Notes: a model not told the origin generated them from the sequence alone. Numbered from the stretch's first letter, positions 1-13,215 are shown. The stretch: 64,000 nucleotides of DNA from Octopus sinensis (GCF_006345805.1 NC_043023.1:14632001-14696000); one strand, 5' to 3'. Program-made: numbers and translations.

Positions 1-204
1 GTTAGCACATCTTGTGAAGTGCTTAGTGGTATTTCACTCATTGCTAATTTCTGAGTTCGAATTCTGCCGAGGTCAACTTTGCCTTTAATCCTTTTGGGGC
101 CAATAAAATAGGTGTCAGTTGAATGGGGTTGATGTAATTACCTCATCCCCTCCCCCAAAATTGCTGCTCTTGTGGCAAAATTTGAAACCATTACTTTTTT
201 TATT

Positions 205-430
205 AAGGCAGTGAGCTGGCAGAATTGTTAGCATGCTAGGCAAAATGCTTAGTGGTATTTCACCCGTTGCTACATTCCGAGTTCAAATTCCGCCAAGGCC
301 GACTTTGCCTTTCATCCTTTCGGGAACGATAAATTAAGGCCCAGTGAAACACTGAAGTTGATGTATTCGACTAGTCCCTTCCCTCAAAATTTCAGGCCTT
401 GTGCCTATAATAGAAAGGATTATTATTATT
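205..430 (+). mobile_element. tRNA-derived SINE, family B (aaggc.g.gagctggcag head; gcctttcatcctttcggg core)
   Basis: A/B-box-like head (gagttcaaattcc), Nin/Deu-like core and (ATT)n tail; other copies at about 3300-3690(-), 6083-6530(-), 8820-9035(-), 14361-14575, 34707-35108, 42520-42745(-). Confidence 0.8.
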
Positions 431-1241
431 ATTATATATATTATTATTAACCCTATATATTTATAATATTAATATATATTATTATTATAATATATTATTA
501 TTAACCCTATATATTTATATATTATTATATATATATTATTATTATATATATTATTATTAACCCTATATATTTATATATTATATTATATATTATTATTATA
601 TATATTATTAACCCTATATATTATATATTATTAATATATATTATTATTATATATATTATTATTAACCCTATATATTTATATATTATTATATATATATTAT
701 TATTATATATATTATTATTAACCCTATATATTTATATATTATTATATATATATTATTATATTATTATTATTAACCCTATATATTTATATATTAATATATA
801 TATATTATTATTATTATTATTATTATATTAAACCTATATATTTATATATTATATATATATATTATATTATTATTATTATTATTAACCCTATATATTTATA
901 TATTATTATATATATATATTATTATTATTATTAATATTATTAAACCTATATATTATATATTATTATATATATATTATTATATTATTATTATTATTAACCC
1001 TATATATTTATATATTTATATATATATATTATTATTATTATTATTATTATTAAACCTATATATTATATATTATTATATATATATTATTATTATTATTATT
1101 ATTATTAACCCTATATATTTATATATTATTATATTATATATTATTATTATTATTATTATTATTAACCTATATATTTATATATTATATATATATTATATTA
1201 TTATTATTATTATTAACCCTATATATTTATATTATTATATA

Positions 1242-1274
<33 letters not shown>

Positions 1275-2541
1275 ACCTATATATTTATATATTATTATAT
1301 ATATATTATTATTATTATTATTATTATTAACCCTATATATTTATATATTATTATTATTATTATTATTATTAACCCTATATATTTATATATTATTATATAT
1401 ATATTATTATTATATATATTATTATTACCCTATATATTTATATATTATTATATATTATTATTATTATATATATTATTATTAACCCTATATATTTATATAT
1501 TATTATATATATATTATTATTATATATATTATTATTACCCTATATATTTATATATTATTATATATATATTATTATTATATATATTATTATTAACCTATAT
1601 ATTTATATATTATTATATATATATATTATTATTATTATTATTATTATTAAACCTATATATTTATATATTATTATATATAATTATTATTATTATTATTATT
1701 AACCCTATATATTTATATATTATTATATATATATATTATTATTATTATTATTATTATTAAACCTATATATTTATATATTATTATATATATATTATTATTA
1801 TTATTATTATTATTAACCCTATATATTATATATTATTATATATATATATTATTATTATATATTATTATTAACCCTATATATTTATATATTATTATATATA
1901 TATTATTATTATTATTATTATTAACCCTATATATTTATATTATTATATATATATTATTATTATATATATTATTATTAACCTATATATTTATATATTATAT
2001 ATATATATATATTATATATATTATTATTAAACCTATATTTATATATTATTATATATATATATTATTATTATATATATTATTATTAACCCTATATATTTAT
2101 ATATTATTATATATATTTATTATTATTATATTATTAACCCTATATATTAATATATTATTATATATATATTATTATTATATTATTATTATTAACCCTATAT
2201 ATTTATATATTATTATTATATATTATTATTATTATTATTATTATTAACCCTATATATTTATATATTATTATATATATATTATTATATATATATTATTACC
2301 CTATATATTTATATATTATTATATATATATTATTATTATATATATTATTATTACCCTATATTTTATATTATTATATATATATTATTATTATATATATTAT
2401 TATTAACCCTATATATTTATATATTATTATAATATATTATTATATATATATATTATTATATATTATTATAACCCTATATATTTATATATTATTATATTAT
2501 TATTATTAACCCTATATATTTATATATTATTAATATATATA

Positions 2542-2574
<33 letters not shown>

Positions 2575-2712
2575 ACCTATATATTTATATATTATTATAT
2601 ATATATATTATTATTATTATATTATTATTAACCCTATATATTTATATATTATTATATATATATATTATTATTATTATTATTAAACCTATATATTTATATA
2701 TTATTATATATA

Positions 2713-2745
<33 letters not shown>

Positions 2746-2828
2746 ACCTATATATTTATATATTATTATATATATATTATTTATATATATTATTATTAAC
2801 CCTATATATTTATATATTATTATATATA

Positions 2829-2859
<31 letters not shown>

Positions 2860-2869
2860 CCTATATATT
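419..2869. repeat. AT-rich compound minisatellite, roughly 50 units of ~40-60 bp
   Basis: Repeated anchor ttAACCCtatatatttatatattatt joined by variable (ATT)n and (AT)n; begins at a SINE (ATT)n tail; unit count is a visual estimate. Confidence 0.95.
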
Positions 2870-3840
2870 GTGCATGCATGCACAAGCAAAGGATCCCAAA
2901 ATTGTGTAGAGCAGTGCTTCTCAAACTATCTGAAGTGGCATACTGGCAGTTTGTTTTATCCCATGCGCCAGGGACCAGTGATATTTCTTAGTATTATTAA
3001 TTTATACCGGAAACAATATTTATAATGAATATAATAAAAATTGACATTTTTTTTTATCTTATATTTGTATTTATGTTGATGTAGTTGATTTACCTGTTTC
3101 CCCGAAATTGCTGGCCTTGTGTTAAAATTTGAGACCAATATATCTCTTGTCCTCAAGGCAGCAATTTGGCAGATTCGTTAGGGCATTGGGCTAAATGGGC
3201 TTAGTGTAGGGCTTAGTAACATTTCATCTGTTTTCACTTGCTAGGTTCAAACACCATGGAGGTTGACTTTGCTTTTCATCGTTTCAGGGTTGATAAAATA
3301 TATTTCTTTACTACCCACAAGGGGCTAAACACAGAGGGGACAAACAAAGGGATTAAGTCGATTACATTGAACCCAGTGCATAACTGGTACTTAATTTATC
3401 GACCCTGAAAGGATGAAAGGCAAAGTCAACCTCAGCAGTATTTGAACTCAGAACGTAGCAGCAGACGAAATACCTATTTCTTTACTACACACAAGGGGCT
3501 AAACATAGAGGGGACAAACAAGGACAGACAAAAGGATTAAGTCGATTACTTCGACCCCAGTGTGTAACTGGTACTTAATTTATCGACCCCGAAAGGATGA
3601 AAGGCAAAGTCAACCTCGGCAGAATTTGAACTCAGAACGTAACAGCAAACGAAATATGGCTACGCATTTCGGCTGGCGTGCTAACGTTTCTTGATAAAAT
3701 AAGCACCAATTGAACACTGGCATCGACATAATTGATTTACCTGCTTCCCTGAAATTGCTGGCCTTGTGCTAAGATTTGAAATCAGTTTTATTCCCATTTC
3801 GATGTTATTCATTTCTACTTTTGTTATTCGTCTTTTACAG

Positions 3841-3954
3841 AAAAACGATCGGTATGAAGAGTTGAAGCAGTGGCAGGACAAACACAAGTTTCATATCCAG
3901 CGGTTGGAGCGGATAATGCGAATGGTTGATAACGATGCTTTACCTCTTGACCAG
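3841..3954 (+). CDS. CNOT3: CNOT3 coding exon (N-terminal Not3 coiled-coil domain), phase 0-0
   Basis: ttttacag|AAAAAC...GACCAG|gtaagt; encodes KNDRYEELKQWQDKHKFHIQRLERIMRMVDNDALPLDQ, matching the Not3 N-terminal domain (H..HI..LE.I.RM.DND). Confidence 0.95.
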
Positions 3955-4136
3955 GTAAGTAGTTCTCTGACCCCACCGGACCCCCCTACTTAGAGATCCT
4001 TTATTGCACTGTAATTGATTTATTATTGATTGTCAATCAACATCAATGGAAATTGCAGCTGTGATACCAGTGCCGGTGGCACGTAAGAGAACCATCTGAA
4101 CGCGACCGTTGCCAGCGCCGCCCTGACTGGCCTCTG

Positions 4137-4569
4137 TTGCCAGCCTTGTCTGGCACCTGTGTCGGTGGCACGTAAAAGCACCCACTACACTCAGAGTGGT
4201 TGGCATTAGGAAGGGCATCCAGTTGTAGAAACACTGCCAGATCTGACTGGACCTGGTGCAGCCTTCTGGCTTCCCAGACCCCAGTTGAACCGTCCAACCC
4301 ATGCTAGCATGGAAAGCGGACGCTAAATGATGATGATGATGATGTTATTGGTGTGGGACATTCTAGCATCATCATCGTTTAACGTCCGCTTTCCATGCTA
4401 GCATGGGTTGGACGGTTCAACTGGGGTCTGGGAAGCCCGAAGGCTGCACCAGGCCAGTCAGATCTGGCAGTGTTCTACAGCTGGATGCCCTTCCTAACGC
4501 CAACCACTCTGTGAGTGTAGTGGGTGTTTTTTATGTGCCACCGACACAGGTGCCAGACGAGGCTGGCAA
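4137..4569. mobile_element. Two tail-to-tail copies of SINE family C (ggaagggcatccagctgtagaaac core, (GAT)n tail)
   Basis: 4137-4345(+) and 4368-4569(-) are reverse complements; other copies at about 10385-10740, 13377-13740, 26080-26400, 33780-34010, 36480-36660, 37655-37970, 42280-42510, 46450-47040, 63400-63550. Confidence 0.85.
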
Positions 4570-5137
4570 TGTTTTTTCTTGGCTGATGACATTGGTCATT
4601 TTGTCACCAAGACCTTATGGAACTGAAAATTTTGATTTTTATTCTCCTTAATTACTTGTGCTCTGTACTTGGCATGGGTTGAGCCAGCTTTGACCAATCA
4701 GTTTACATCTCTCGTGATTGCTGACCACATTTGACGGTCAGCCTTATAATGACCCAGCTAGCAAAGTAATGCTTCTAACTGTGGCCTGAAAATTCAGCCT
4801 GCAAATTCGACAAATGCCCCACTGGGAGATCAAGCATGTTGGATAGCATGGATGCTGTAACCGTAGTCATTCACTGTTGAGGTGTAGAGTCATGTAACCG
4901 AAGTTATTTGGTGTGGAGATCATGTTTGGAATTCCAGTGGGAATATAAGTTTGCATGTGGTTCCCAGTTACATGTGTACACACTTTAGGATAGTGTGATC
5001 TGTCTCAGCTCATCTTGCTGTTGATTGTCGACCTTTGCAGAAGATTCAACAACCAAGTCACAAAGGGTGGGACAAGCTCAAAGAGGGTATGTCTGGCCAC
5101 TTAAAATAAAGAGATCAAAAGTCTGAGAATGAGTAAA

Positions 5138-5510
5138 TTGTTGGCATCTTTTTCTGTCTCGGGAGACAATGGAGTTGCGCATAAAATAATCTAGTCCGGC
5201 TTTTCCATTTCATGTCCTAATACATCTCCTGCTGTGGCTGTGTAGTCCTATCCTGGACAAACACACCCTCTGGCAGGTGCCTGGCTGGTTGTAATGTCAT
5301 AGTTTCTTGTTGTCGTCTTTTCTTGTCTTTCCATTTCTCCTTTCTTCCTCTGTCACTCCTTTGTATTCCCTCTTTTACAGTACGTTGCCAATCTCCACAG
5401 TTGCTGGCAACTGCTTCCCTGTTGCTAATATTGATGTTGCAGGCCTCCATGTCCCTTTTGCAAACATCCTTGTATCGTAAGAACGGTCTTCCCACAGACC
5501 TAGTACCCCC
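5138..5510 (-). mobile_element. RTE (BovB-like) LINE 3' fragment
   Basis: ORF 5217-5594 contains GTRSVGRPFLRYKDVCKRDM...W.RTVKEGI, the typical RTE C-terminal region. Confidence 0.85.
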
Positions 5511-5888
5511 ATAATTGTTAGTCTGACAATATATATTTCTCAAATCTATGAGATAATGGATGATTGATTTAAAACAATGTGAAGAAATAAGCATTGCATT
5601 TGACAGAATAATCTGAATACGAAAGAATTAAACTGGTCATATCCAGTCAAAATATTCAACATGTTTAATGTTCAAACTGCTCAGAGCCTACCTCTCACAC
5701 CTATCCTACAATGTCATTCTAGAAATAAACAATCATATCTTTAAAACCTCTAAAGTTATGAGATAAAGCATGATTAGTTCAAAACTATGTGAATAAGGAA
5801 GTATTACATTTAATTACGAAATCTGAATGCTAACGAGTTTAATGTCGAAAATGTTAATTGTCACTCATGATTAACTTCTGTTTGGCAG

Positions 5889-5994
5889 ATCCGAAAGATC
5901 AAGGAGGATGTAGAATATTATGTGGATTCGAACCAGGATCCAGACTTTGAAGAGAATGAATATCTGTATGATGATTTGGATCTTGAAGATCGGG
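5889..5994 (+). CDS. CNOT3: CNOT3 coding exon, phase 0-1
   Basis: ttggcag|ATCCGA...CGGG|gtaaga; [35 protein letters not shown], nearly identical to the conserved metazoan CNOT3 motif. Confidence 0.97.
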
Positions 5995-6910
5995 GTAAGA
6001 TCATTGTTGATGCTATTGTTGTTGTTGTTGTTATTTATGTAACTCAGTGGGTCTCCTGCATTATGTGCATAAAACCTGTCCTTATTTCTTTATTGCCCAT
6101 AAGGGCTAAACATAAAGGGGACAGGACACACAAGGACAGGCAAAGGGATTAAGTCGATTACATCGACCCCAGTGCGTAACTGGTACTTAATTTATCAACC
6201 CTGAAAATATGAAAGGCAAAGTGGACCTCGGCGGAATTTGAACTCAGAACGTAACGGCAGACAAAATATGGCTACGCATTTCGCCCAGCGTGCTAGTGTT
6301 TCTTATTTCTTTATTGCCCACAATGGGCTAAACATAGAGGGGACAAACAAGGACAAAGGGATTAAGTCGATTACATCGACTCCAGTGCGTACCTGGTACT
6401 TAATTTATTGACCCCGAAAGGATGAAAGGCAAAGTCAAACTCGGTGGAATTTGAACTCAGAATGTTCAAAAACAGCAGATGAAATACCGCTAAGCATTTT
6501 GCCTGGTGTGCTAATGTTTCTGCCAGCTCGCCTCACTAAAATATTCTGCCTATTTTATAACCAGACTGGTCACATCCAGCCTCTCTCACCAACCCTACAA
6601 TGTCTACCTTGCCTCATCAAAATTTGAAAGCTACGAAATAATGTATGATTTATTGAAAACAACATGAATAAATGAGCATTACATTTGAGAGAGTAATCTG
6701 AATGCTAAATGGTTGAGCTAACTAAACTGGCCATATCAACCCAAATATTCTGTGTTTTATATTCAGACTGGCTGTATCTGGTCCAATTATTCTACTTGTT
6801 TTATATTCAAACTGGCCAGATCTGGCCTCTCGCACCTACATGTCATTTCAAAAGTATACAATCACTTCATTGAAATCTCAAAGTTATGAGCTAATGCACG
6901 ATTAATTTAA

Positions 6911-8455
6911 CCCTTTCGTTACCAACCTGGCTGAAACCAGCTCTTGCTCTGAGTACAAATGTCTTGTTTTCATAAGTTCTGAATTAAAATCTTCCACCAA
7001 ACCTTTGTTACAATTTATGTTCCTAACACTGGCTGAATGATAACTAAGTTATTGTACTAAATTCTATGTTATATTTAAAATTAATTGAAAGAAACACAGA
7101 ACATCTCAACAGAATACAGTAACAAAAGGGTTAAAGTTACCATGATATTTTCAACCCTTTTGATTCCAATCTGGCTGAAACCACCTCTGGCTCTGTAGTA
7201 TAAATGTCTTGTTTTCATAAGTTTTGAATTAAAATCTTCCACCAAACCTTAGTCACAATTTATGTTCCTAACACTAGCTGAGTGATAACTAAGTTATTTT
7301 ACTAAATTCTTTGTTATATTTAAAATTAATTGAAAGAAACACATAGCATCTTGACAGAAATATGGTAACAAAAGGGTTAAAGTCACCATGATATTTTTAA
7401 CCCTTTTGATATCAACCCAGCTGAAACTGGCTCTGTAGTACAAATGTCTTACTTCATAAGTTTTTCATTAAAATCTTCCACCAAATCTTAGTCACAATTT
7501 ATGTTCCTAACACTAGCTTAATGATAACTAAGTTATTTTACTAAATTCTTTGTTATATTTAAAATTAATTGAAAGAAACACAGAGCATCTCAACAGAAAT
7601 TGGTAACAAAATGATTAAAAATATAATAGAGAAACAATTCTTAACCCTTTTAATATCAACCCAGCTGAAACCACCTCTGGCTCCGTAGTACAAATGTCTT
7701 GTTTTCATAAGTTTTGAATTAAAATCTTCCACCAAACCTTAGTTACAGAGCATCTCAAAATAAATACAGTAACGAAAGGGTTAAAACACTGTGAATAAAT
7801 AAGCATAACATTTGACAGAATTTAATTCAAAACTTATGAAAACAAGACATTTGTCCTACAGAGCCAGACCTGGTTTCAGCTGGGTTGAGATCAAAAGAGT
7901 TAAAAATATCATGGTGACTTTAACCCTTTTGTTACCATATATATTTTGAGATGCTCTGTGTTTCTTCAACTACTTTAAATATAACAAAGAATTTAGTAAA
8001 ATAACAAAGAATTTAGTAAAATAACTTAGCGTAAAATAACAGCTAGTGTTAGGAACATAAATTGTGACTAAGGTTTGGTGGAAGATTTTAATTCAGAACT
8101 TATGAAAACAAGACATTTGTACTTCAGAGCCAGAGGCAGTTTCAACAGGGTTAGTAGCAAAAGGGTTAAGAATTGTTTCTCTATTGTATATTTTAAGCCT
8201 TTTGTTACTGTATTCTGTTGAGATGCTCTGTGTTTCTTTCAACTACTTTAAATATAACAAAGAATTTAGTAAAATAACTTAGTTATCATTAAGCTAGTGT
8301 TAGGAATATAAATTGTGACTAAGGTTTGGTGGAAGACTTTAATTCAAAACTTATGGAAACAAGACATTTGTACTACAAAGCCAGAGGCGGTTTCAATCAC
8401 ATTTATATCAAAAGGGTTAAAAATTGTTTCTCTATTATATATTGCTAAAGGGTTA
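6911..8455. mobile_element. Array of piggyBac-type MITEs (family 1): four forward then three reverse copies
   Basis: TTAA-CCCTTT...AAAGGG-TTAA termini, ~220-bp units (6911-7130, 7155-7376, 7401-7614, 7645-7780; reverse 7820-7899, 7924-8165, 8197-8416). Confidence 0.85.
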
Positions 8456-8510
8456 AAAAAAAATGTACTGTTACTAAGATCGCTTTCTGCTTGCTTTTCT
8501 CCTCTTTTAG

Positions 8511-8635
8511 GTACGGGCATCTTAGCAACGACACCGCCTGAGAATGAAGAGCTGGATAAGCTGTCCAGCACGCCAACGTCCACCAACTCAAACTCACCGT
8601 CTCCTAGTCCTAGTCTTACAGTAAACCATTCCAAA
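8511..8635 (+). CDS. CNOT3: CNOT3 coding exon, phase 1-0
   Basis: cttttag|GTACGG...TCCAAA|gtaagg; (G)TGILATTPPENEELDKLSSTPTSTNSNSPSPSPSLTVNHSK; frame continues from the previous exon. Confidence 0.9.
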
Positions 8636-9856
8636 GTAAGGAACCACTTTTATTTCTTTGCTCTCTTTGTCCCAGGGATCACCGCAGTGGAATTGCGTGG
8701 CTTAGTGATTAGGGTTTTACTAATTAAAAATACGTTAAATAATCTCAGCTCGTTAAAAGCTTTTTATTGAGTCTTCGTTTATGCGGTTAATCCTTTAATC
8801 CTTTTTAACTGTTTTAATACCTATTTTTTTACTACCCACAAGGGGACAAACAAGGACAGACATAGGTATTAAGTCGAATACATCGACCCCAGTGCGTAAC
8901 TGGTACTTAATTTATCAACCCCGAAAGGATGAAAGGCAAAGTCGACCTCGGCAGAATTTGAACTCACAACGTAACAGCAGACGAAATACCGCAAAGCATT
9001 TCGCCCGACGTGCTAATGTTTCTGCCAGTACGCCGCCTTGTTTTAATACCAATCCACCTGGGACTGTCCCTGGTTCTGTGCTACAAATTTCTTGTGTTAA
9101 AGTGACATCATCATCATCACCATTTAACATTTGTTTTTCATGCTGGCATGAGTTGGATGGTTTGACAGAAGCTGACCTGCTGAGGGACTACTCAGGCTCC
9201 CTGTCTGTTTTGGCATGGCCTCTATGGCTGGATGCCCTTCCTAATGCCAACCACTTCACAGAGTGTGCTGGGTACTTTTACACAGCACTGGTGTGGGTGC
9301 TTTTAACATGTCACCAGCACTGATGAGCCCGCAAAATTAGGGATACTCAGCTGGAAGGGGTTGCAAGGGCAACCATGCTTTTACTTAGCTCGATGTCACC
9401 TTTTATCCCTTCTGTCAGTCCCAACAGTTGTTACATGGCCATACCAGCGCAGTCTTCTCTCTTGCACACTACATCTGATGCTACGTATGACCAGTTCTTC
9501 TCTCAAACCAAACCACGCTCTGTCGTATATGCACACAATTAAAATTCCACGTTAATTCATGTTTCTGATTTTCACACAAGACCAGAAAATTTGAGGGGAG
9601 GGGTTAGTTGTTACTATTGTCCCACCAGTACTTGGTTGGTAGTTTATTTTATTGAACTTATGAAAAGCGAAGTTGGCCTGGATGGGTTTTGAACTCAGGC
9701 TGAAAGGATCCATGAGGCATTTTGTCCCGTGCTCTAACAGCTCTGCCAAATAATGATCCTTTCTAGTATAGGCACAATGCCTGACATTTTATGGGGGAGG
9801 AGAACTAGCTGATTACATCAACTCCCCCTGGTACTCCACTGGTATTCATTTTATGA

Positions 9857-10379
9857 TCTTAACTGATTGGAACTGTTATCATGTACATTGTTTTGTCTTG
9901 GTATAAAAGATGGGCTACAGCAAATATTCTGCTCAATGCCACAGATTTGCTTGTCAGTTGTTTGACCTTTACCAGTTGAGCATGTCCCTTAGTGGCTGAC
10001 GATATGTGCATCTCTGATCACGAGCAGAAGTAGTGGGGGAGCATCATAGCCATGTGTTGAGAGGAATTCTTGGAGGTTTGGATATTTCACCTCTGGAAAC
10101 ATGGGTGTTTTATTCAACATCCTTAAACAACCCTTATTCAGGGACCTTTTGAGTGGGATGGGTTACTCGACCAGAAGGAAATCCTTACTGAGCCCTCACC
10201 TGCAAGGTCATGTGCTGTTTATCTTGATATGAGATCACCATGTTGCACACATATGGTTGTGATGCATGTGTCTGGTGTACCCTTATCAGACGAGTAGCCA
10301 TGATGGGTATACTGGGCTTCGTATATTTTGCCCCAGCGTCACTTTGATGGTATGCACTGCTCCCTCACTCAATAATAAT
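9857..10379 (+). mobile_element. Interspersed repeat with (AAT)n tail; inverted partner at 14585-15110
   Basis: ~520 bp near-identical reverse-complement match between 9857-10379 and 14585-15110; superfamily not determined. Confidence 0.8.
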
Positions 10380-10838
10380 CATCATCATCATCGTTTAACG
10401 TCCGTTCTCCATGCTAGCATGGGTTGGACGGTTCGACCAGTGATCTGGGAAGCCAGAAGGCTGCACCAGGCTCCAGTCTGATCTGGCAGTGTTTTTACAG
10501 CTGGATGCTCTTCCTAACGCCAACCACTCTGTGAGTGTAGTGGGTGATTTTTACATGCCACCTGCACAGGTGCCAGGCGAGGCTGGCAACGGCCACGGTC
10601 GGATTGGTGCATTTTACGTGCCACCAGCAAAGAAGCCAGTCGAGGCGACGCTGGCATCGGCCACGATTCGGATAGCGCTTTTTACGTACCACCAGTCCAG
10701 GGGTCCTGGCAACTGCCAGGTGCCAGTCATAGGATTGGTTCAATCTCGATTCCGATTTGATAATAATAATAACCATCACGTCATTTTGGTGTTCTGTTTT
10801 TTTTTTCTCCTTTGATTTGTTTTCTTTCCATTTTCTAG

Positions 10839-10889
10839 GATAAAAGTGAAGATCATGAAAGGAAAAGACATAAATCGCAAACTGAGGAA
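10839..10889 (+). CDS. CNOT3: CNOT3 coding exon (51 nt), phase 0-0
   Basis: ttttctag|GATAAA...GAGGAA|gtgagt; DKSEDHERKRHKSQTEE, comparable to vertebrate SEDDKKRGRSTDSE. Confidence 0.85.
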
Positions 10890-11692
10890 GTGAGTGGAAA
10901 GTTTCTTCTTCTTTTTTTAATCATCATCATCACCATCATCGCCATCATATCAGCTTGTCCCATTCTGGTATGGGCTGGATGGTCTGGCGAGATCTGACAG
11001 GTCAGGTGTTTGCATCATGATCCCGTGTGCACCTTGGCGTGGTTTCTACGGCCAGATGCCCCTCCTAATGTCAACCACTTTACGGAATGCACTGTGTGTT
11101 TTTTATATGTACACGACTCCACCCCCCGCAGCATTAGGTGTCTGTGTTTGTTCCCCAAGCCGGTGTTGGTGGGTTTAGATCCCCGTAACAGCGGTTCAGC
11201 AAAAGAGAACAATAGAATAAGTACAAGGGCTTAAGAAATAAGTTCTAGGGTTGATTTGTTAAACTAAAACCCATCAAGGCAGTGCTCCATCATGGCCATG
11301 GTGAAATGGCTGAAACAAGTGAAAGACTACACACACACACAGAGGGAGGTGCAGGCATGGCTGTGTGGTAACAAGTTTGCTTCCCAAGGACATGGTTTCA
11401 GGTTCAGTCCCATTGCATGGCAACTTGTTCAGGTGTCTTCTAATATAGCCTCGGGCCAACCAAATCCTTGTGAGTGGATTTGGTAGATGGAGACTGAAAG
11501 AAGCCCGTTGTATATATAAATATCTAAGTGTTTGGACACATGTTTCAAAGATTTCATTGATATTATTCCAAAGGAATAAAATGGTATAAAACAATGCAAT
11601 CTTCTTTTCAGGGAAGTGAAAAAACGAAACTCGTCAATAAGACATTTTAACAGAAAATGATGGATATGTATATCCATATATATGTTTTATAT

Positions 11693-12133
11693 GGCATGAA
11701 AGATGGCAGAATCCCCAAGGACATACTCTACGGAGAGCTTGCTAGGGGTACTAGGTCTGTGGGTAGACCGCTCTTACGTTACAAGGATGTTTGCAAAAGG
11801 GACATGAAGGCCTGCAACATCAATATTAGCGGTTGGGAAGCAATTGCCAGCAACCGTGGAGATTGGGGACGTACCGTAAAAGAGGGAATACAAAGGAGTG
11901 ACAGAGAGAGAGGAGAAATGGAAAGACAAGAAAAGAAGTCAACAAGAAACTATGACACTACAACCAGCCAGGAACAGTCTTCGCTACATTTGCAGTACCT
12001 GCCAGAGGGAGTGTTTGTCCAGGATAGGACTACACAGCCACAGCAGGAAATGTATCAGGACATGAAATGTAAAAGCCGGACTGGACTATTTTATGCGCAA
12101 CTCCATTGTCTCCCGAGACAACAACGATGCCAA
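11693..12133 (+). mobile_element. RTE (BovB-like) LINE 3' fragment, same family as 5138-5510 in opposite orientation
   Basis: DGRIPKDILYGELARGTRSVGRPLLRYKDVCKRDMK; shares the 3' end ...ccattgtctcccgagaca...gatgccaac. Confidence 0.88.
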
Positions 12134-12359
12134 CCATATATGTTTTATACCATTTATTCTTTTGAATAATATCAGTGGAATTTTTGAAACATGTGTCCAA
12201 AGTAAAAGTATTTGATTTATACCTGCGTTAAACCCCTTTTATTTATTTATTTATATATATATCATCATCATCCCATCATCCCTGCTGGCATGAGTTGGAT
12301 AGGTTTGATAGGGGTTGTTAGTTAGGTAGAAGACTGTACTAGGCTTCAATATCTGTTTT

Positions 12360-12740
12360 GGCATGGTTTTTAGGGCTGGATGCCTTTTGTAACACCAAAC
12401 ACTCTGCACAGTGGACTAAGTGCTTTTTACGTGACACCAGCACAGGCGAGGTCAATTTTGTTATGGTTTTTACAGCTGGATGCCCTTCCTAACACTGACC
12501 ACCCAGCAGAGTGGACTTAGTCCTTTTTACATGGCACAAGCACAGACGAGGTCAATCTTGGCAAGGTTTTTACAGCTGGATGCCCTTCCTAACACCAGCC
12601 ACCCCATAGAGTGGATTGAGTGCTTTTTACATGATACCAGCATAGGTGAGGTCAGTTTTGGCATGATTTTTAAAGCTTGATGCTCTTCCAAATGCCAACC
12701 ATTTAACAGTGTGGACTGGATGCTTGTTAATGTGGCGCCA
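12360..12740. repeat. Tandem ~95-100 bp units of the SINE-C internal module
   Basis: About 4 repeats of tttacagctggatgcccttcctaac...gtggact.agtgctttttac.tg.caccagcacagg.gaggtc; same module as 59741-60620 in opposite orientation. Confidence 0.75.
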
Positions 12741-12956
12741 GCACCAGCAGGGTCACCAAGTAACTTGCAAACCAAGAAATCTTTGAGAGGAGAGGGGCCT
12801 TTAGAGGAGGTGATCTTGTGTTAGATGATGGAAGGCTAGAGTGTGACAGAGAGGCAGAAACAGGTCTCTTGCTACAGAGGGGGTACATGATTACCTGACG
12901 AAAAGAAAGAGAGGAAATTGATAAACTAAGACTCTTTGAATGTTTCTTTTTTGCAG

Positions 12957-13057
12957 AAGAGTAAAAACAGTCAGATCTCGGCGTCCACGACGACATTCTC
13001 GTCCTCGTCTTCATCAATATCAAAAGTACCGAATACGCCAACAAAACAAGTTGTCAG
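12957..13057 (+). CDS. CNOT3: CNOT3 coding exon (low-complexity linker), phase 0-2
   Basis: ttttttgcag|AAGAGT...GTCAG|gtgagt; KSKNSQISASTTTFSSSSSSISKVPNTPTKQVV; phases fit both neighbours. Confidence 0.8.
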
Positions 13058-13215
13058 GTGAGTCACCACGCGTTTTCTATCTCTGCCTCCATAAATTCTT
13101 GTCTCCTTTCTTCTCTCTCTCTCTCTCTCTCCACACACACACACACACACTCACACACACGTTATGCAATTGCATCTAATGCCTGTGCATTGTACCCTGC
13201 TTCATCTACTTGCAG

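Noticed and set aside
419-2869. Interstitial telomere (TAACCC in each unit)
   Set aside because: Only one hexamer per unit, often AAACCT or TACCC; never tandem (TTAGGG)n
9320-9326. CTGATGA as a hammerhead core (also 4586, 30100)
   Set aside because: No helix II followed by GAAA and no helix I/III; lies inside SINE or MITE sequence
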